From Oopsacas minuta (Eukaryota > Animalia > Porifera), in the NCBI GenBank assembly GCA_024704765.1, contig JAKMXF010000343.1, forward strand, positions 1,079,349 to 1,143,348: a stretch of 64,000 nucleotides of DNA, given 5' to 3'. Shown here in pieces: positions 39,357-51,952 of the stretch; within the stretch, counting starts at the first letter, position 1; each line of letters opens with the position of its first letter. The position numbers were made by a program, and so were the translations under genes. The notes under the pieces are model-generated. The model had not been told where the DNA came from and ran no database searches. It saw only the letters and a program-made list of their open reading frames with translations.

Positions 39357-39771
39357 CTAGGGGGATCGACGGCCAAGACAGTAGCAGTAATATCTTCTCT
39401 ATTATGTCTTCTGCCAGCAGAAAGTATGAGTCCTTCCATACTTCCGCAAACAAATACAAGTCCACCAGCACCAATAAACCCCAGTAAACCTGACCTAACA
39501 TAAGTACCGGTACCAATGGGATTTTGACCTGAATCCAATAGACGTATCTGGAAAATATTTTCTGACTTTCCTTTAAGTCCCCAATATTCAGATCCGCAGG
39601 TTAAAGAGCTTACACAAAGTTCGCCAATCTCATCAGTTCTACATAGAACTTGTGGTCCAGCAATCTTGACTACTGCAACTCTCGCACCGGGGACAACCTG
39701 GCCTACATCTTGAAGAGTTAATGAAGTGTACGAGCCTTCTTCTTCAACTCTTACAATACCATAACTCAGCC
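39357..39771 (-). CDS. DIP2: DIP2 homolog, internal coding exon (first AMP-binding domain, C-terminal part)
   Basis: GLSYGIVRVEEE..LTLQDVGQVVPGA..LCRTDEIGELCVSS..RSGLLGFIGAGGLVFVCG..GRRHNREDITATVLAVDPP(R), collinear with DIP2. Acceptor CTTCTAG|GG at 39772/39771 (phase 1); donor AG|GTTGGC at 39357/39356 (phase 2, completing AGA with the next exon). Confidence 0.93.
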
Positions 39772-41391
39772 CTAGAAGATAATGAACTTGACAATAAAAG
39801 AATGATAGTCGAAAAGTTCGCAAAATAAACAAAACTATCCATTCATATTTACATTTTCGGAGGTTGTTTCCCAACCCAAAAGATAAACTCTTGGGATATA
39901 GTGCCTACTCAAATATCCATTGTGTCGGTCACAATTAACCACTTAAGCGATATATTTTGAAGGAATTCATATCAAGCTAACGCGGCAATAAAATGAATCC
40001 AACTTGTATTAAGATATAGGTGATAAGTGAAAATTCCTAGTCTTACAAGTGGACACTCAGTCGTAGAAATGAACACCATTTGTCCATAGCAAGAATGTCT
40101 CAGAAATGTGACAAATTCCATAATAAAAATGTTTCCCATCACTATTGAGTGACCCTTTTTCGGACGACGATATGCTAGCTGGGTCAAAAACACGAATATT
40201 AGATCCCTAACTTGTTATTCGACTCAATTTGGCTAAAATTGTTATGTCCCAATGTACATTCCCAATCCAAAGTTTTCGTACACCTTAAAAGGCCATTGAA
40301 AAAATAGTACAATCCCAAGTAAAATATTTAGTAGTACTGATTTTTATTTATATGAGATATTGTATTTTGATTTCAGATTCCTATTTTGCTAATTAGAAAA
40401 GACCATTGTATAACTATCCACCAAAAATAGCTACATCTAAGATTGATAATTATCAATCATTTGCCATCAAGTACCACTTGTTTCTATCTTATACCATGGT
40501 TGCAAATTGAAAAAGGTGGTACATAGTGACACTTGATGATAAGTTTCAAACAAATCAATATATTGTCTGAAAGTTTCTTGAATAGTGAAATTAACTTTTC
40601 AAGAAACTTTCAGACTATATATTGATTTGTCACGATTCTCAAACCAAAAGTGCCATAATTCATACAATGTGAGTGTTTGTATGAGAGTTTGAAGTTCGTG
40701 CATCGAATTTAGTAAAATAAAATTGAAAAAATAAATGGACGATATAATAAATAAAGATTAGAGCTATGTATTTACTCTATATTCATAAAGGCAACAATAA
40801 ATCTGCATATGAGAAAGTTGAAAATGCGAAATTCGGATTCAGCATACTTGATTACCCCCTAAATTTCTATTGAGAGCAAGTCTCTAAGCATATTTCGAGA
40901 TTTCAACCAGTGTTAAATAGATACCTTATACATGCACAATCAATGAAGTCACAATACGTATGTTTAACAGAGCACCACAGGCGGGATGATTTTGCCTCGG
41001 GGGCTAGAGCTGGCCCACAGGCGGGGATTGCTGACGCCTGATCTAAGAAATCAGATTTGAAATTCTCCGAAAAATGCAATTCAATATAAAAGGAGAGAGC
41101 AATTTTATGATTTTAGAAGTAAATTCTAGTGGGTGGCAAATATGATGAATATATTCAAATTGAATTTAACAGTATTCTAGTATCAATAGTGGGAAAAATA
41201 CAAGCGGAACTCCGGTATTTACCCCTTTTAAAAATTGATTCCCTGAATTTGCCGCTTGCAGTGAATTCTGATAAATTTCTAACAAAATGAAGAATAATTT
41301 TTGGCATATTTCCACCCACATTCACCAAAAATAAGTCTCTATTAATAATTTATAGTGAAATCGGTCTCGGCGGAATTCATCTTGATTTTCT

Positions 41392-44227
41392 CACGGGTCT
41401 CTCAGAAAATCATATTGATCGAAAAAACGAGGTCCTTGAGATTTTTCATGATTCTTGTGTAGAATTTTGCGTAGAATCCGATTCTGTTGCCAAAAAAAAT
41501 ATTTCTCACACAAATTTTTGAGTTATTTTATATTTTTTTGTAAAAAAAAAATTTTTTTAGTTCCCATTTTTATATGTTGTCGGGTTGCTAATTTATCATA
41601 TTAGAATCATCGTTATCACTCATACATTGAATATAATACATCCATCAGTCACATATAGAATAAATTAAGTACTTATATAATTAACGAAATTAATTTCCTT
41701 GACAGCATTTAGTAGGTTTTCGCCGTAATTTTCTAGAGACTCGCTACATTGATAATTTCTCCAAACTTTGATGAATCGAGAATGAGCTGATTCAGCTGCC
41801 TGCTCTGAAACGGCGCCCAATCCCATACCAACTGGAAGGAATTTGGTGATAAATGGGATAACATGTCTGCACACTATATGGACTTTTGTTGAACAATTCA
41901 GCCCAGTTAATTTGAATGCTTCTTCAAATTGAAATATCGCCAGTTTGTAATCACCTTGTATCTTTTGCCCAAAACATGTCCTCACTACCTCTGAAAATCG
42001 CTTTAAAGCAATGCTGGATGAGTTGCTAATTGGAAAACCAATCTGCTCAACCATCAATGTAATTTTCCGCATTGCATTACCTTCAAATGCGCCTCCATGA
42101 TAAGAACTTCGAGATATGTTATTGTGCTTCAGTAATAATTCATGTGTAACTAACTCTTCTTCAGACATTGTAGCCACGATCGCATTGTACAACTTCTGAC
42201 CAACCCCTAACAAAAGATGTAACTCGGGAATATTGAACATCTGCATGTAGTCAACCATCCATACACCAAGAGCCTCCATATCTTCTACACCATCACAGTC
42301 AATCGCATGATTCTTTGAGTCGGAGTTATATTCTTCACACAATTTTTGGTACATCTCTGCATGATGTGCTGATGATCTTGATTTGAATTCGACATGATCC
42401 AATCCACTTTTAGCATCCCATACACACCAAATGCATGGGTAACGTCCAAGCATAATACCCAGACAGAGAGCAGCGGCTTTGAGATCAAAGGTAAAAGATA
42501 CGTTGTACTCATGAATAAACTTTTGAATTTCCGGGGCATTCAGTATTATAGAAAAATTGTAATTATTTTCAGGAGCACTTGATACCCATAAGAAGATTAG
42601 ATTTCGCACAGAATTTTCCAGTTGTAGACACATGACAAGCTTAGTGAACCCACAACCATAATCAAGGCCAAGCTTAAAATTGAAACTGTAAACTGAAGAT
42701 TCTCCGCTAATGTTGTAGACTTTTTCTATCAGTTTGTCGATGTTGCAACAGCGTACGACCCAAGTCTTTCTGATATCAGAGGAATACTTCTCTTTGCTCC
42801 ATTCCAGATCTAATTGGACGCATTCGAATATATCATCACAATATTGTTTCCGTTCGTCGTAATAGTCCTTCATTGATGGACAGGCCACGCCAGCATCCCT
42901 TATTACTTTGGTTACAGCTTTTAGTTGCTTGTTACTCATTGCTCCGCCAGTGCATTTTATCTGTGCGATGTCAGAGAAATCCATTTTGGGCATTTTGTGT
43001 TGAGGTAACTGGTCCAAATTACCAGGAAGCATATGAATTGGATGGCCTCCCGATGGTCTAGGTAACGTTATACGCGAGTCCTCACTTGCACTGCGGAATT
43101 TTCGTAAGATTTCGGAACATACGACAGGTTCAATAGAACGTTTTCGTGCTAAAAAAAATTGGCTATTATTTACCAAAGAAGTTTTTGAGCAAGTATGCGG
43201 AAATCCGGGACTTATTGTGTTTAAACACTTACTACAAAGGTTAAGAACCTTTTTGGGAGAGTTGATCGCAGGACGTCCAGGTTTTTCGTGGAGAATTTGC
43301 AAAGAAGCACGATTTCTAGGTCCAAATCTCGAACTTTCCATGCACATTACACAGGTATTGACTGAACTACACGTATTCAAGCGAGTATTTCGTATAATTG
43401 GCCAATTGAATCGAACAGGAATTTCCCTTGAAGTATCATCATGCATTGATCGATTAACCAAATAGAGCTTGCAAGTATTGCACAAAACATTTGGCCGATT
43501 ATCGTCCATCGGATCGATTGGCTCGAAAAACTTCGAATATTGCTCACCCAAATGAGTAGAAATAAGGCTATTGTTTTTAATAGTTATCTTCCCAACTTTA
43601 ATACAACACCAACGACAAATTTTGTCTTTTGCAGACTCGTGCTTACTCATAAATACCAACAGTAGAAATAGATATCAGAACAATTATGTATCAGAAAAAT
43701 TATATAGAAAATGAGTACAAGCATTCTTTAAATAGTTTTTCTATGCAAACAGATATTCGTTAAACACCTTTAATTACTAATTATCACTGAATGGAAACTA
43801 CTTAAAAGTATTCAAAGGACTCGATTAGGTGATTAATGACGTGCAATCAAACTATTGTTACTATTGTTAAACTATTCGAACCTGATACCATACAGAAAAA
43901 TGAATGACATAATAGAATAGAATAAAACCGAAATACTATTGAAAATTCTAAGTGCATGCAAATGTAATCAACAATGTCTAAGCATATCATAATAATATCT
44001 GATTGCCAATGGTGATGCATCTGCCATCGCTGTCATGATGAGAATCTAAAATATTCAAATTGTAAAAAATTATTTTTTTACAAAAAAATAAATTTATCGA
44101 AAAAATTTGTGTGGGAAATATTTTTTTGACAACAGAATCGGATTCTACGCAAAATTCTACACAAGAATCATGAAAAATCTCAAGGACCTCGTTTTTTCGA
44201 TCAATATGATTTGCTGAGAGACCCGTG
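41392..44227 (-). mobile_element. Chapaev (CMC group) DNA transposon, complete, potentially autonomous
   Basis: TIRs begin CACGGGTCTCTCAG(A/C)AAATCATATTGATCGAAAAAACGAGGTCC. They are near-identical for about 130 bp and imperfect to about 165 bp (41392-41555 vs 44060-44227). Single long ORF inside. No perfect 4-bp TSD (TTCT / AATT). Confidence 0.88.
41665..43659 (-). CDS. Chapaev transposase, 664 aa, uninterrupted
   Basis: N-terminal Chapa-type Zn motif H-x7-CRWC..RPNVLCNTC..W..C..C..C..GRP and a second CSKC-x9-HTC motif. Catalytic core LGLDYGCGF (D), FTFDLK..RYPCIWC (D), IPELHLLLG, YHGGAFEG, TKVHIVCRH, SEQAAESAH (E). Confidence 0.88.
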   Translation of the reverse strand: MVFMSKHESAKDKICRWCCIKVGKITIKNNSLISTHLGEQYSKFFEPIDPMDDNRPNVLCNTCKLYLVNRSMHDDTSREIPVRFNWPIIRNTRLNTCSSVNTCVMCMESSRFGPRNRASLQILHEKPGRPAINSPKKVLNLCSKCLNTISPGFPHTCSKTSLVNNSQFFLARKRSIEPVVCSEILRKFRSASEDSRITLPRPSGGHPIHMLPGNLDQLPQHKMPKMDFSDIAQIKCTGGAMSNKQLKAVTKVIRDAGVACPSMKDYYDERKQYCDDIFECVQLDLEWSKEKYSSDIRKTWVVRCCNIDKLIEKVYNISGESSVYSFNFKLGLDYGCGFTKLVMCLQLENSVRNLIFLWVSSAPENNYNFSIILNAPEIQKFIHEYNVSFTFDLKAAALCLGIMLGRYPCIWCVWDAKSGLDHVEFKSRSSAHHAEMYQKLCEEYNSDSKNHAIDCDGVEDMEALGVWMVDYMQMFNIPELHLLLGVGQKLYNAIVATMSEEELVTHELLLKHNNISRSSYHGGAFEGNAMRKITLMVEQIGFPISNSSSIALKRFSEVVRTCFGQKIQGDYKLAIFQFEEAFKLTGLNCSTKVHIVCRHVIPFITKFLPVGMGLGAVSEQAAESAHSRFIKVWRNYQCSESLENYGENLLNAVKEINFVNYIST

Positions 44228-45194
44228 AATTCTTTGGAAAATAGTAGAGACTTCAGAGACTTCGTCTTGGCATTTTCTATTAACCAAATACAACAAAACA
44301 CTTTCCTATGTATGTAGTATCATGCATATTGTTACTCATATCATAATAACTAATATTCAAATCGGGGGAGAGGGGAATCCCAGGGCCCCCCCTCTGTATG
44401 AAACCCTGCTTTAATAGAAATTCCTACTTCTAAGTTACAAGGTCTGAATTTCAAGAATGAAACTTGTTTAATTTGATAAACCGCAGAACAAAAATTACGA
44501 TCACCAGAATCATGCCAATAAATATCACCATTATAACGAATGCTCTTGTCATTCGGATTATAATTCTGCATTTTGTATTTCTATATTTTAGATATGCTGA
44601 ATCTAATGAGATAATTGAATTAATGATCTTAGATTGCAAAATTTAGTCTATTTCAAAATCTAAGCCCACTATTATAATTCGCGAAGAATGCAATTTAGCT
44701 AAAAGACGCACCTTCAGCTAGTTTTTTCAAATTTCCATTCCAAAAGACCCTCGTTCCAACCTAATTTGATTAATTCATGTAAAACTTTCCATGAATTATG
44801 AATTTTTTAAATAAATTACTCGACTAACTAAATACAACATCACAAAATATATGTATGTAGCACACACGTGAGAAATCCAAATACCGTATTTCCCTGCCTA
44901 TCCCAATAAACTACATAGTGAAATCTAGAGAAAATGAATAGATGGGATAAAAGTATATTTTTATGATTACTAATCATAATATTCAGAATTTGCCGTAAAC
45001 TTGATATTTTAATGTTTTCCAGTGATAATCATATAGTCTAAGGCGGCTGTAAAGATTTGGATCGCTATCTATATAATGTATGGAATATTTTCGATTTAGT
45101 GCCGGAAACTCGGGAATATGCATTGACATCTCATAGCAATAATTTAGGGCATGTTAGTAGCCTTCTCGCTATATATTCTTTTCAAACTTTAGTA

Positions 45195-47556
45195 CAGTGG
45201 TGCCCAACATACGCCTCGAGTAATAATTTCATCCGGCCCGCGTAAGCATGCACTAAGACTTTTGCACTTTGCAATATATACTAATTCTTCATGAACAATT
45301 CCTAAGCCACATTTCGGTAGCAACCATACTGGTTGTCGAATTTTAATATATATTGACATTTTGAGGATTCTTATTCATTTTCAATACACGACAGGGGCAA
45401 GTGTTAGTAATAATAATCCTTAGCGGGTGTATAAATATAAACTAGTATAATTCTAAGCTTATAATTGAAATTCAGATACTGCGTTTACTCATCTCCTAAA
45501 TTACCTGTAGAATACATCTATCATTTATATTAATGGAACCTTGTTCTAAGAAAAGAAAAGTTGGCATCGAGGGTAGAAATTTCAACGACAGCTGGACCAA
45601 GAAATACTTTTTACCAACTCCAAAACAAACCAACGTGCTTAATGTGCAAGCAGGTCATCGCAGTGATGAAAGAGTACAACATCCAAAGACACTATAGTGC
45701 TAATCATCAAGATTACAAAGCATGCTCAGGGCAGATACGGAAGGATAGAGTACAATCATTAATAAGGGAACTTTCGGTACAGCAAAATATTTTTACAAAT
45801 ACTAATTCTGAGTCAGAAAAAGCTGTTCGTGCAAGCTTTGCCATTTCCGAACTTATTGCAAAGAAAATATAAGCCATTTACTCATGGTGAATTTATCAAG
45901 GAGTGTGTTATTACTTTAGCGCTAATTATGTGCCCAGAGAAACAGAAGTTATTTGAGAACATTAGCCTTTCAAGAATGACAATTAGCCGTAGGATAGAGA
46001 ACTTATCAACAGATTTAAACCTTACTTTAGAAAAACGTGCGAGTTCGAGTACTATTCTCTTGCCCTTGATGAGAGCACAGATGCCACTGATACTGCCCAA
46101 CTTGCTGTTTTTGTAAGAGGAAGCGATTTAAAATTTAACCTTACAAAAAAATTGGCGAACTTACATAGCCTTCACGATAAAACAACTGGAGTTGATATTT
46201 ATATAGCGATGATGAATGGAATTGATGCTATCGGACTTAAGTTGAATAATTTATGTGGGGCAACGACAGATGGCGCACCATCAATGATTGGGCGGGAAAA
46301 GGGCTTCGTTGCTCCTCTGGAGAAAGAAAAGATCAATTCAGGAAGTAGTACTATGAAATTAGTCAAAGTGCATTGTATAATTCACCGGGAAAATCTCTGT
46401 TCAAAGTCATTAAGAATGCAGGGTGTAATGGAAATAGTAGTGAAAACTGTCAACTTCATTCGTGCTCGAGGACTCAATCATCGACAATTTCGAAAACTTT
46501 TAGACGAAATGGATTCTCAATATGGAGACCTTCTTTATTATACGGAAGTACGATGGTTAAGTAGGGGTGCGATGCTTCGACGCTTTTATGAACTCAAAGA
46601 AGAAGTATTTCATTTTATGGAGCAGAAGGAGAAACCAGTTTTTCATCTCAATGATCCATTATTGTTGTGTGACCTGACATTTTTGGTCGACATCACTCAA
46701 TATTTGAATAATCTCAACTCAAAATTACAAGGAAAATTCTGCTTATTTCACAATTTGTTTGACTTCATTTGCGCTTTTGAAAGAAAGCTCGAGAAACGGG
46801 GAAAACAATTAATAGAAGGAAATGTTTATAACTTTGAAACCTTATCAAAGCATTCCCCTCCAGATACAGGTGCATGCGCAATCGAAATCAATTCCCTGCG
46901 CAAAGAATTTGAGAATAGGTTTAAAGATCTTCGTAGCAATATTGTAAACTTCGCTATATTTTCAAATCCTTTCTCTTTAGAACCTATTGAACTCCCCGAG
47001 CATCTCCAGCTAGAATTGGTTGACATGCAATGTAACCAGGACTTGAAAGCAAAATTCAATGATGTCACACTGATAGACTTTTATCAAAAGTATTTATCAT
47101 CATCAGATTACCCCAATCTTATCAAGCATTGAAAGATGATGGCTTGCCTATTTGGGAGCACATACATATGTGAACAACTGTTCTCCCAAATGAAGCTAGT
47201 AAAAAGCAAATGCTGAACTGTTTTAACTGATAGACATCTCGAAGATAAATTAAGAATAACTACTACGGATATAGAACCAAACATCGACCATATAGGTAGA
47301 CATATGCGTTATCAATCGTCATCCATGTCAAAGTAATATATTATTGTCTATACTCGTATTAGTGTTGGTATAATCAGTATTCGGGTTTCTTATTATTTAG
47401 TATCTTTGATCATTTTCTGTACTCTGCCAATATTTCATTTGTGTGTTCCCTTTTTGTAGCATTTCCACTTGGATATTCCAACAATTTTTCTCTAAATAAA
47501 TCTGAAATATATAAATTGGACCATGCGGCCGCAATTAAATCGAGTTGGGAACCCTG
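45195..47556 (+). mobile_element. hAT (GTF2IRD2/SPIN-Charlie-like) transposon, full length, frameshifted transposase
   Basis: CAGTGGTGCCCAAC ... GTTGGGAACCCTG with a perfect 8-bp TSD CTTTAGTA (45187-45194 and 47557-47564). Fragments: PTCLMC..KEYNIQRHY, GEFIKEC, ISLSRMTISRRI, TTDGAPSMIG, HCIIHRE, YTEVRWLSRG, FGSTYICEQLFS. Confidence 0.92.
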
Positions 47557-47597
47557 CTTTAGTATAACCATGGTGTAAAATTTCCTAAATGAGAGTT

Positions 47598-50500
47598 TAG
47601 TGGTGCCTGTCTTGTACAACCACCTGGCGTTCCGACAAATGTAGTCGTAAAAGACTGGTGGTCGTTGATCACAGGTTTGCTATAGCAGAATGTTTTTATC
47701 TATGCATTAACTATCTATCAATTCAATGTGTGCACAAATGTAATACTACAATGTTGCGAGTTAATATGTTGGAAATATTTTCATTTTACCTACTAATACG
47801 AATTATGTTAGTTTTGTTTGTAAAATCAACTATCCAGTGTACTTTGCTTCAAGTTGCGTATCTTTAAATTCTTCACCAAATCTTCAGCCTTGATCATTAT
47901 CTCAAGGAGACTTCCTTCATTATTAGAAAGAGAAAACTTCTTCAATTTTCCAATCATGACACCTGTTTCTGTCATGGAAATACTTTATCTGACCTTTCTT
48001 GCTGATCTTCGTCGCTATCCTCATTTTCATCACTATATCTTTCTGAGTCATTTAAATCCACCCCTTTTCCTTTTTCTACAATCTCCGTTCCCCAGTCATC
48101 TTTAGAGATAGCAAAGGTAGCCAAGTTATCATCAAAAGTAGTAAATTGAGATAACGTTATGCCATCTAGAATAAACTCAGTTTCTGTCCTAATCTCTACA
48201 AAAGGTGAAGCTAAGATATCAGATTCTGAAGCCTCAATTTTCCTTTGGAAACCACACTTTGTGAAGCATTTTTGAATAGTGCTGATTGGTAAGCTACTCC
48301 ATACATCTTTAATCCATAGAATGGCATCCAAGATATTAACTAGCTTAACCAATTCAGAAGCTGTGTTACATGCAACCATTCTGCTAATCAAGTGCTTTAG
48401 CAATCTCTTCCTGTAGTTGATTTTACAGATTGAATTATTCCAGCATCTATTGGCTGCAGCTTCGAAGTTGTATTAGGTGGCAGAAAACCAATCTCAAATT
48501 GCTTGCCTCAACGTCGGGATGTGAACTACAGTTATCAACAAAGATCAGAACATTCCTGTTTTCAAATCTGAATTTCTGGTTTGTTCTTTTTACCCAGTCT
48601 ACAAGCATCTTAGATGTCATCCACACCTATTTATTTGCTTTATAGTGGATCCCAACATATCTTTGTGAATACCTTTGAAGCACCTTGGATCAAGTGATTT
48701 TCGTATTACAAGGGGTTTTAACTTTTCTCCTACTGCACTAGCACAAAAATGGAAAGTCAAACGGTCTTTTGACTTCTTTCCACCTTTACAAGCATCACCT
48801 TTCTCAACCATTGATCTATTGGGGATGCTTCGGAGGAACATACCAGTTTCATCTACGTTGAATATGTTATTAAGTGAGTATCCCTCGCACATTGAAGGGA
48901 GCCTGGCAGATCAATCAGATATAACATCGTCACTTACATCTGCAGCTTCGCCACTCAATACACAGCTTTTCACACTGTAACGTTTTCTCCAGCTTCCAGC
49001 CATCCATTTGAAGCCTTAAAGCCATCTTCATTCCTTTCCTCGCTGAACATGAGAGCTTTCTCTTGAATCAGCCTGCCAGTGATTTGAATGTTCTTAGACC
49101 TCGCAATCGTAAACTACTCCCAAACTAACTCATTCACATCTATGAATGCACAATTTCAAACCTTAACATACTTTCTATCGCTACAACATACTCCTTGCTT
49201 CCATGTTTCAATGATCTTCTCCTAATATAAACTAATGCTCTGGATCTGTGTCTTTCCAACACCAAGACTCTCTGCTATACTCTTTGCTGTTTCCATTCCT
49301 TCCTCTGATCTCTCGATAACCTTTATACGCTCTTCTAATGACAAAATTTTCATTTTCCTACTCGCCAATTACACAACTCAACAAGATTTCTCATCAGAGA
49401 TCACATACATTTATCTTAGCATACTTTTGAATGCTGAACTCGAATCTGCAATCAGAATTTCTCTAGCACGTCTAGTTATTCTGAAATCCAATATCCATTT
49501 TTTCAATAGTATAGTATTACCTAGTTACTAAATTACTATATGAGCATGCCTATTTTGATTCAATTATCTGGAATATAAATGAAATTACTTATTTGAATTC
49601 AAGTAAATCAAATTATAAACATGCATCGTAATTGTAGAACTCATCCCGACAATTTCTGTTACGTTTGTGGTCTTTTTTTGCGTAAAATCACAAAGACGAC
49701 CAATCACAAATCAATTAAAGAACATAAACAAATTGTACTTCGAATGTCCACTTGGTGACCAAGACAATTCGTGAGCACCACATGTTATATGCACTTCTTG
49801 TTCAAGTGGACTACGTGATTGGTTGAACAAAAGGAAAGTTTCAATGCCATTTGCAATACCCATGGTCTAGAGGGAACAGAAAAATCACCTTGATGATTGT
49901 TACTTTTGCCTTATCGACATTACAGGATTCTCAGCTAAGAATAAGCACGCTCTTGTTTACCCAGACTTGGATTCTGTTCGCAGGCCAATTCCACACGACA
50001 TCTCATTACCAATCCCAATTCCCAAGCCACAGCAAATTAAAATCGGCTCTGATATGGTGGAAGATGTTCATGCAGATTCTACAGATGCTAATAATGTCTC
50101 GGAAGATGAATTACTAGAGCCACAAACATTTACACAGGGAGAATTGAATGACCTGGTCAGGGATCTAGACTTATCTAAAGACAAAGCTGAACTCCTTGCA
50201 TCCAGGCTCAAACAGAAAAACCTACTCGACAAAGATGTCCTACTATCCCACTATCGCAAGCGAAATTTCGATCTCGCTCAATACTACACCACTGATGGTC
50301 CACTGTACTATTGTAATGATATCGAAGGACTCTATGCAAACCTATTACAAGAACATTCTTCCTCTGATTGGCGCCTTTTCATCGACTCGTCAAAACGGAG
50401 TTTGAAAGCTGTTCTGTTGCATAACGGAAATCTAGAGCCTGGCGTTCCAATTGCTCACTTCGTCTATCTCAAAGAAACCTTCGTCAATTTGCAGGAAGTT

Positions 50501-51952
50501 TTGGAGGCAATACAGTATTGAACACATATATAGAATATCTGCGGTGATCTTAAGGTAATCGGACTATTGATGGGCTTGCAACAAGGTTTACAAAGTATTA
50601 TTGTTTCCTATGTCTATGGGACAGCCAAGCAACTGGTGAGCATTATAAAAAATGTGATTGCCGAAGAGAACCTATGAAGTGAGGAAAAGCAATATACAGC
50701 ATTTGCCATTGGCAGATCCAAACAAAGTCTTTTTACCCCCACTTCATATTAAACTTGGATTAATGAAAACATTCGTTGAAACAATGGGCAAAACAAATTC
50801 AGCAGGATGTCTGCATTTGGTAGGCAAATTTCCGAAACTAAGCGAGGCAAAGATAAAAGAGGGAGTATTTGTAGGACCACATATCAGACAAGTATTCAGA
50901 GATCCAGATTTCGAGAAGACATTATCCGAATTAGAAATGAGTGCTTGGAATTCTTTCAAATGGGTTTGTGAAAACTTTTTGGGCAACAAGAAGTCGTCCA
51001 ACTACAGAGAAGGAGTGGAAACCTTGCTTAACGCATATGAGAAGATGGGCTGTCACATGTCGCTAAAACTTCACTTCTTGCACTCTCACCTTGATTTTTC
51101 CCTGAGAACCTTGGTGCTGTAAGTGATGAACAGGGTGAGAGATTCCACCAAGACATACAAGAGATGGAAACACGATTACAAGGTTTCTGGAATGAGGGCA
51201 TGATGTCAGATTACTGTTGGAGGCTCTTCAGAGATAATCCCAACAAGATATATAAAAGGAAGTTGTACTCTCAACACTTTTAATTTAGTTAGCTACCTTT
51301 ATATTTCTAGATGGATATGTATTTCCCCTTAGATTATGAGTAGTTGATACATGCATGAATGTGAATAATTATATGTAAGAGCTAGGATAATAACTGATAT
51401 TATCTTGGCATTAATCTAAAACATCGAAACGTTGATTTATTTCAGATGGCTATCATGTAAGAATACAAAAAGACAGCCACTACTATAATATAACAGGAAA
51501 AATTTCGGAAATACATAAAAATCGTTGACTTGTAGATGGAAAAAAAACTGGAGGTGCTGGAAAGAATCTAAAAGCAGATTTGAATTCAGCGTAAAAAACT
51601 AGCTTAGAAAATGTTAGTCTAATACTTGATGAGAAAATGAAGTCAAATTTTGTTGACCTGTGTTATGTATGCTAGTATTTGAATTTACATATATACATAG
51701 GTTGTCGTAATGATCATGTAAATATTGATTCATTACTGGCGAATATTGCATAAGTAATTGTTTTATAAATTTATGGTCGTTGGTTACAGGTAAATTTGAC
51801 CTGAAACTGCAAAATCGTGGTCGTTGGTCGCGTTCTACAAATAGTCGCTCTTCGCAGGTCGGAATATATAGTAAACCATCCGTGCCGGAGAAATCAGTCG
51901 TAAAAGGCAGGACATCGCTCATGGCAGGGGTCGTATAATACAGGTACCACTG
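47598..51952 (-). mobile_element. pogo/Tigger (TIGD-like) transposon, decayed, interrupted by a Chapaev3 insertion
   Basis: Imperfect TIRs (T)AGTGGTGCCTGTCTTGTACAACCACCTG (47598) and CAGGGGTCGTATAATACAGGTACCACTG|TA (to 51952). Minus-strand relics: RKMKILSLEERIKVIER (CENP-B/psq HTH), FNVDETG..KGGKKSKDRLT, NILDAILWIKDVW..TIQKCFTKCGF. Confidence 0.85.
49372..51662 (+). mobile_element. Chapaev3 transposon (pseudogenised transposase 49621-51283)
   Basis: TTA|CACAACTCAACAA ... TTGTTGACCTGTG|TTA: CAC..GTG ends, 3-bp TTA TSD, about 100-bp imperfect TIRs. Motifs: MHRNCRTHPDNFCYVCG, WRLFIDSSKRSLKAVLLHNGN, LPPLHIKLGLMK, KLHFLHSHLD, SDEQGERFHQDI. Several stops and frameshifts. Confidence 0.88.

Noticed and set aside
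39344-39874. 176-aa ORF as a complete gene (likewise the tail 22725-22772 of the 150-aa ORF)
   Set aside because: DIP2 similarity is confined to the spliced exon limits; the extra residues are read-through into intron sequence.
41392-44227. RAG1-RAG2 (ProtoRAG/RAGL) transposon
   Set aside because: There is only one ORF and no convergent RAG2-like kelch/PHD gene. The ends are CACGGGT with no RSS-like heptamer CACAGTG or nonamer. The protein lacks the RAG1 RING/nonamer-binding architecture, and Chapaev fits better.
47410-47619. Second pogo-like peptide (LDLIAAAWSNL)
   Set aside because: It spans the hAT right TIR and TSD, the spacer and the Tigger TIR, so it is a chance reading across element junctions.
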